NCBI GenBank assembly: GCA_900617105.1
Contig: UYFQ01000449.1
Location: forward strand, 1-49,074
DNA length: 49,074 nucleotides
From: Hydrurus foetidus
Lineage: Eukaryota
Direction: 5' to 3'
Shown one piece after another: positions 42,931 to 49,074 of this stretch. Each line of letters starts with the position of its first letter. The stretch's first letter is position 1. The translations under genes were made by a program, and so were the position numbers. The notes under the pieces were generated by a model. It was not told the origin of the DNA and made no database searches. It saw only the letters and a program-made list of their open reading frames with translations.

Positions 42931-44778
42931 CTATCTGGCAAATCCCAAAGGCGTGGTTTTATAAACTGCAATGGATCTGCTGTCGCTCATCGGAGTTGAT
43001 TCACTTTTGCTGCTCGATTTAAAGTTCTTCCGCATACTCTTCTCGGATGACAATGATAGTCCTGTCTGAGGGAGAAGGCCATGACCAGTCGTGTATCCCA
43101 CAGGAGGCGCCGGCAGTTTCGTTCTCTCAGCAGGTGAGAGCATCCCCTGAGGGATAACTCTGTCTCTGTTGCCAGCCACTGAGGGTCCCCCTGACAGCAG
43201 CGACATGTTCCGTCTTTGCTTCTGAGAAGCTTTGGAAGGAAATCTGGAAGAACTCGTGCTCAGGATACTTGTTGTACTCATTCCGCCATACAGCATAGTG
43301 CCCACCCCTGACTCCTCCGCAATATCGGATATATCTCTTTCTGGGACCTTGCGTGCCCCTTCGAATGCATCCACATCAGGGGCTGTAAAGGCAGCACTCC
43401 GTGATCCTGATGGCTCGTAGATGCTTTCTCCAACTTCGTAAATCGATTCTGTTGCAGTGTCTCTGCTTGCCTGAAGACTGCGAGGAGGCAACTCGATGTC
43501 AGAGTCATCCATAGTGTATTTCATTAAATTGTTGCCAACTCGTAGGTACTCCTTCCTATTAGCCCTTCGCGGGTCAGATGGAAAGGATTCCCCAGTCCGC
43601 ATGTTGCCTCCGCTCTGTATGCTCACTCCTGGATTAATGATCTCGATCTGATCCCCTCCAGCCAAAGATGTTGCTAATGTGCTTGCTGCTTTAAAATATA
43701 AATCGCTCACTGAAGGAGAACCTGCAACACGAATAACTTTTTTCTTCTTCTTTGCGCCACTTGCTGCACTGTATTCATCACGACCATTCTCGGTGACACA
43801 AGCCCTCAACGGAACCGCAAATGGAGGGAGATTTTCGGGCCTTACAGGATGTAATGTCAATAATCGTCCCTCTTTATCGATCACAAACTTTTTCCCTTTT
43901 AAATCCTTCGTAGCATTCCCTATTTCCTCTTGTATCGCTTCAAACTCGTTTGTCTTCTCTGAGGCAATTCCTTTCGTGTCGCGCAACTTCAGCCGTTTCT
44001 GGAATTCAAATTTAGATAATTGACTGATTCCATTTAGTCAACAGTAAAGCGGATAGAAATCACTCCTATCTCACGAGATTTACTTACCGTTTTTTGCAGT
44101 AATTTAAACATAGTTGCCGTCGAATCTAGATCATTGAATTCTGGCTCCTCTTCAAGCTCAATGATCTTTCCTGAGATACTCGTTTCTTCGCTCGAATTCA
44201 TAACTCCTTGACCGCATGTAAATGATCGCATACCGCGTCCAAACGACGATCGTGATGAGCAACGACTGGAAACACTGGGGGCAGTCGATGTAATGCTGCT
44301 TACATGACGAAAATCACTCACAATAGGTTCTCTCCTGGTGGGGACTGTAGAAAATTTGCAGTGTTACACACCATGAGCGACAGACAGTATGTTAGTAAAA
44401 TGCGCACCTGTTCCTCTCGCCCACGGATCAATTGATACAGGAGTCGGCTCATCCTCCGAGATTAACATCTCTAATGCATCCTCTGTTAGAGATCCATCAT
44501 GGCTGATAACTGACCAGCCGACAATCTTTCTCATTTTCAGCATCGTCATGTCAATCGCGATAGGCAACTCCAACGTCCGCAGCCACTTTTCGGTAATACC
44601 AGAAGAGACGCTATACCAGACATGCTCGATAGCATCTGAAACGCAATTATTGGAATGAATTGATGCTTGAAATCTTGACTGTTCCAACATCACTTGTCTC
44701 AGTAGTTTGTTCAATTTGAAAGCTACTGTGTTAACATTCTCCTTGTCTAAGGTGTCCCCCATTTCCAATTGAACCATA
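42931..44778 (-). CDS. Conserved unknown protein, C2orf81/DUF4639-like, about 3 exons
   Basis: ORFs 44364..44954, 44034..44321 and 42931..43986 can be joined by GT-AG introns. The motif EDEPTPVSIDPWARG resembles the EPxPxxIDxWA motif of that family (from memory). Confidence 0.55.
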
Positions 44779-45877
44779 GAACTGTCACTGTGAGCTCGAG
44801 CTGTGTGGCAGTTTCGACTTTTCCATATCAAACTGAAAATGTTCTGTATGTGTGAGGAAATAATACAGATTCTCAGAGCTTTCTTCGACCCCTCGAACGT
44901 TCGAACTCTCAGTGATGAATTGAATACATACGGCAGGTTTGGCCGCTTGTTCATTGTGCTGCTGCTATGTTATGTATTACATCAGTCATTTATATATGAA
45001 TGGATCATCGACGCATTATTCACGTTGTTTATGTATTAGAGCATTTAATGCACAGCACACAGTTAATGAATCCGGTGTTGCATCTCTCGTGCTTCATATT
45101 GAATAAAATTTTGTCATTTATGCAACCGAAAGGGATCTGGCTACCGAATTGGTGAAATATCCATGAAAATATTTGGTATGGTTTGACACGGGAAAGAGTA
45201 AAGCCTAGGATGTTATAATTATGGTATCCAAATGCTCTCGACGGTTGAAGAGTGACAGTAACCCACTTAATTCAACTGTGATTATTCTTGTCAGTGGGTC
45301 TACTTTTAGATTCTATCGACGGACTTCGCCTGCAAAGTCCGAGCCAAGAATCACTGTGAAAATCTTTCTTACCGCACACCGAGGGTAACCTTTAAAACCA
45401 TCTCTGAAACTCAAGCCAGAAATCTTGCTTTTCCAAAAAAGAAATCATTGTTTTCCGAAATGACGAGAAAATACCGGCGATAACGCTGCAAAAATAGTCT
45501 TACGGTAAAATTGCTCCTGTGCGGCGAAGCCGCACGACGAATTTCTCCCAATCAAGGACCACTGCATAAATATCAGGGTTGTTGGCGTCACGGCATACTG
45601 TATACTTTTTAAAATGACGCAAATATAATGAATTTCGCCCTATTCCAACTCGCAAGAAACAAGAGTTGTGATCGTAAAAAAATGAGTAAAAGCGTTCCCC
45701 ACACTTTTTACAGGATTTTTACGTACTCTTCTCCCAACTCTTGTTTCTAAAGTTTAGAAGCAAGGATTTAAGGATAAAAATAAGAGTTGAACAGACTGCA
45801 GCGTAAAACATCAATCGATCGCAGTACTCACATTTCAGGCTGAGTTGTCGTCGAAATTCATTGCAGAGGTGGTCCAA

Positions 45878-46518
45878 ATGTCGTCCAAACAGTCAGAAGA
45901 TGATGAGAGTTCCGTCGACAGCTCAACTTGCTTTGGATTTGAGTCGGGAAGATCATCGAGAACTGATGAGGATCGATCTCAGATTTATGAGACAAGCCAG
46001 ATCAGCTCATCATCGAATGTACAGATTTCATTCCTGACTCCGACACCGTTGAAGAAGAAAGTCCGCAGAACCAACGCCCAGATTCATTCTGACAAAGCTG
46101 CGAAGGCAGCCGAATCGTTGCGCAAAACTGCGATTTCGGATAATAAGTCGGTTCCGGTTACAAAGACGAAGACTTCAAAATCTGTTGAAGATACGACTAC
46201 TGCTTCTGGAGCGCTCATATCAATCTGTGAAAACACATATCCCCTTCTTGCTGCTCGATCGATGTGGTCGACGACAGAGCAGTTGGATTTGATTACCTCG
46301 TACAAAAACTGGGATGATGGTGCGAAGCAATCTCAGAGCAAAAAGTTGATTCCCATCAGTAAGCTGTGGTTAATTCACATTCCGAATTTGATGGGGAAGA
46401 AATTTGGCCGTGTTCGTGCGACTCCGAACAATCTCCTCGCATCATCGCCTTACCAGTCAAAGTGGTTAGCAATTCGCAAGAAGGTGAGCGACTATAAGGC
46501 CGCACAGGTCGATGGTAG
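45878..46518 (+). pseudogene. Myb/SANT (trihelix)-like protein truncated by the Gypsy insertion; likely a Harbinger-type accessory gene
   Basis: WSTTEQLDLITSY...KLWLIHI...QSKWLAIRKK Trp spacing; ORF 45845..46609 reads into the LTR at 46519. Confidence 0.6.
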
Positions 46519-46714
46519 TGTGGTAGTTCCGGGTCCAAGGTCCCGATCCTACCGGATAGTACTACGGTACACTACCCACCGTACACTACAGTCTGTTGTA
46601 TCGTCGTAGCCACTTACAGCCTCCACGTAGAAGTTAACCCTAGCTTCTAGCTACCCTGCTGTAACTAACTACCTCTCTAGCCTTCCACCTCTTCCTTTTC
46701 CCATTCGAGCTATA
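46519..46714 (+). repeat. Gypsy copy 2 5' LTR; the 3' end is placed by homology and reads CTATA rather than CTACA
   Basis: Shared motif blocks and similar spacing to the LTR at 4966-4760. Confidence 0.65.
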
Positions 46715-47291
46715 ATAGCGCTATTCCGCTCATCCTCCTTCTCTTCTTTTCTACCCATCTACTCGTCCCAAACTTTAGATAGACTTCCAAAGGAGTATAC
46801 TCACTCCACGACTTCCGAGGAGTCGTTTTCTCGTTGAGCCCGAAGCTCCGAGAACTTAGTTTAAGTTTACAGGAGTTTGGCATAGCCGCTTCCTGCTTGA
46901 AACCCTCCGAAAGGTGTTTTCAAAAGTTCGTTTTTGGTCGAAGTCGCGAGAGGCTTCCCAACTCGAAATTAAGGAGTTCTCCACTGGCAATTTGGACACC
47001 GGTTCCACTGCTAGAGACATCAGATTAGTCTAAGGACGTCTTTTGGTCGACAGGAAGTTCTTCCTTCATCCTTAACAGGACACCAAAATTTTTATCACCC
47101 AAAATTCGGCTTCGACGCCATAGAATTTTTCTCGACAAGAGTGGGTTGAAATCATCTCATTCGCTGTTACTTGCGTAAAGTACTCGATACGCGAACGAGG
47201 CGAAGCTCTCGCAAAAATTTTTTGACGAGGAAAGCTCGTCCTTGCTTCGCTACAACTCGATTTATATCGATTGCTCATCCTACGATAGGAG

Positions 47292-49074
47292 ATGGAAGAC
47301 GAGGGTCTACATCCTGAGCCTGAGCCAAATGAGCCAGAGAACGAGCATGAGGTTGATGAGGAAGGAAACATCCTTAACATCTCACAAAGCTCACAATCGT
47401 CAAGCATGGGGTTTCCCCAGACGCTTCAGATCCAGCGTGAGATATTCATCCTACGGGGAGATTATATTACTCCGCAGGATGCTGAAGAATTCTATGAGCA
47501 AGCACAACGCTTACCTCACTTGCATATTAAGCAATGCATGCAACGTCAAGCAATGGATTTGCTTCATGTTAAAATCTTAACTGATCAGTCGACACTGGCA
47601 GTTATTACCAATGAGCATCGCCTTAATTGGCAAAACCTCCTTCCGATAGAGAGTGTTGGCAAGTTGGTAATGCAATACTTTGGCAAGAACAAACAAGGGG
47701 ATCATACCTTAGCAGAACTGTTTGCTAAGGTCCCCTTCCACTATTCTCTTTCCTCCGATGAGGAAGAGTTAGTAACGTACATGGCGTACAAAGAGATCGC
47801 CACGGATCACGAACGTGTCCGTCATATCACCGCATCTCAGCATGCCGAGTTGATAGCGATTCTTGAGAAACGACTCCCTCGAGGGAGCCGAATCTTGGGT
47901 GATTACGTCGCTCATAAAGCACGTGACAATGAGTCCCCCAAGACGTGGGAAGTCGCCATGCTGCGCATTATCGCGGTCGTCACGGCGGCTCGCGACGCAA
48001 TTCACATGAGCAGGAGTTATGGCAACCCTGACATTGTCTACTCGTTTCCGAGTACAGCAGTCCCTCCTCCCCGCTCTACTAAAAAGCGGGCGAGCACACT
48101 GGCTATCCGTGATGTAGATATCCCAAGTGGGAGTAGCAACCTGGCGGTACGTTCGACACTTGACGAACCGTTAGTGTCCGCTGCCCGGGTTTGTCGCTCA
48201 TGCGGAAACCCTGCACATATTCTATCAGAGTGTACAGTCATGTACTATTCCGATACCAACAACGATCACGGCTGTAACTGGTCTGATTCGTTTGTAGGTA
48301 AGGCATGGCTGGCACAAGGTGAAGTTATGTGGCAGGAAAGACTCATCCTACCTGGGTTCGAAACCAGGGAGAGATTCCACCCTGCAGGGGCACCCCCTTA
48401 CTTGTTGTGCAATAACAAGAAGCACAAGGGTAACCAGGGTGGAGGTAAGGGGTTCAACCCAAACCAGAGAAACCAAAACCAAGGTTCGGGAAACCGTGGG
48501 AATCAAAACCAAGGTAACCAAAACCAAGGTTCCGGAAACCACAACAACCAAGGTTACGGAAACCAAAGTAACCAAAACCGCAACAAAGGAAACCTGGTCC
48601 TACGGGCAACCAAGGTGGTGGCAGAGGGTATCAAGGTAAAAACCCTCGAGGGGGTCGATACAACCCACCCAAAGGGGATAACAACGCGAGCAACGGCTCT
48701 GCAAACCAACAAGGTACATATGATCCTGATGTCGATTCATCTGATGTCACTGAGATGGAACATTCAGTATCATGCATTACTGCATCGGTCATTCCAGCAT
48801 TTATTCCCGATGAATTTTTGCATGATCCATCAATTCTACCTTCTGACCATCTCAACGTAACGGTTTTGATGCAGGATAAGAATATGGAGCGCCAATCTAG
48901 CGTACGACGCGTTGTGGGCAAGGCCGTACTCGATACCGCCAATTACTCCGAGGATTTTATTTCTTTCACGATGATTGATAAGTTGAATGCTAAACATGAC
49001 TGTTATAAAGCTACTAAACCCATTACTGTTTGCTTTGGTCTCGATGGCCAGTGCTATATAAATAAAGAAATGAA
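47292..49074 (+). CDS. Gypsy copy 2 Gag and start of protease; net -1 frameshift near 48596; runs off the window
   Basis: Gag aligns with the copy 1 ORFs (EFYEQAQR, VPFHY, LEKRL, SYGNPD.VYSFP, CRSCG...H....C). The -1 frame reads GGGRG...YNPP...EFLH.PS...HLNVTVLMQDK...LDTANYSEDFIS. Confidence 0.88.

Larger units (their letters stand above)
46519..49074 (+). mobile_element. Ty3/Gypsy LTR retrotransposon copy 2 (5' part), same lineage as copy 1 but diverged
   Basis: LTR begins TGTGGT; LTR, leader, Gag and protease all align with copy 1. Confidence 0.92.

Noticed and set aside
48430..48590. Tandem AACCAAGGT-type repeats resembling an array
   Set aside because: Coding NQG low-complexity tail of Gag; no spacers, so not a CRISPR array.
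48580..48610. Programmed -1 frameshift (A GGA AAC), matched by a -1 shift near 8972 in copy 1
   Set aside because: The shift-site sequences differ between copies, the heptamer is non-canonical and similar indels occur elsewhere. Not fully excluded.

Overview
Eukaryotic, intron-containing DNA, most likely from a photosynthetic stramenopile (ochrophyte). That is inferred from a bipartite plastid-targeting protein, a GT48 beta-1,3-glucan synthase and diatom CoDi-like Copia motifs. The left 12 kb is a transposon nest: a Ty1/Copia element and a Ty3/Gypsy element sit at or inside a broken PIF/Harbinger element, followed by a 725-bp foldback. The middle holds six host genes: GT48 glucan synthase, a plastid/lumen-targeted protein, a coiled-coil protein, an EF-hand/RCC1/F5-8-like protein, an ABCC transporter and a C2orf81/DUF4639-like protein. 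A second foldback and a TTAA-targeting Sola3-like element lie among them. The right end is a Myb-like ORF interrupted by a second, diverged member of the same Gypsy lineage. Main observations: (i) both Gypsy copies carry a positionally conserved cryptic intron at the gag/protease junction whose removal gives an immediate stop, a candidate splice switch between Gag and Gag-Pol; (ii) the Copia has an 11-nt self-complementary PBS suggesting tRNA-independent, Tf1-style self-priming, plus a consensus splice donor at the end of gag; (iii) two internally unrelated palindromic elements share CCAGTG ends and apparent 4-bp TSDs; (iv) the Gypsy leader has a conserved block of exactly 278 nt in both copies. 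All calls come from reading the sequence by eye; no searches were run.
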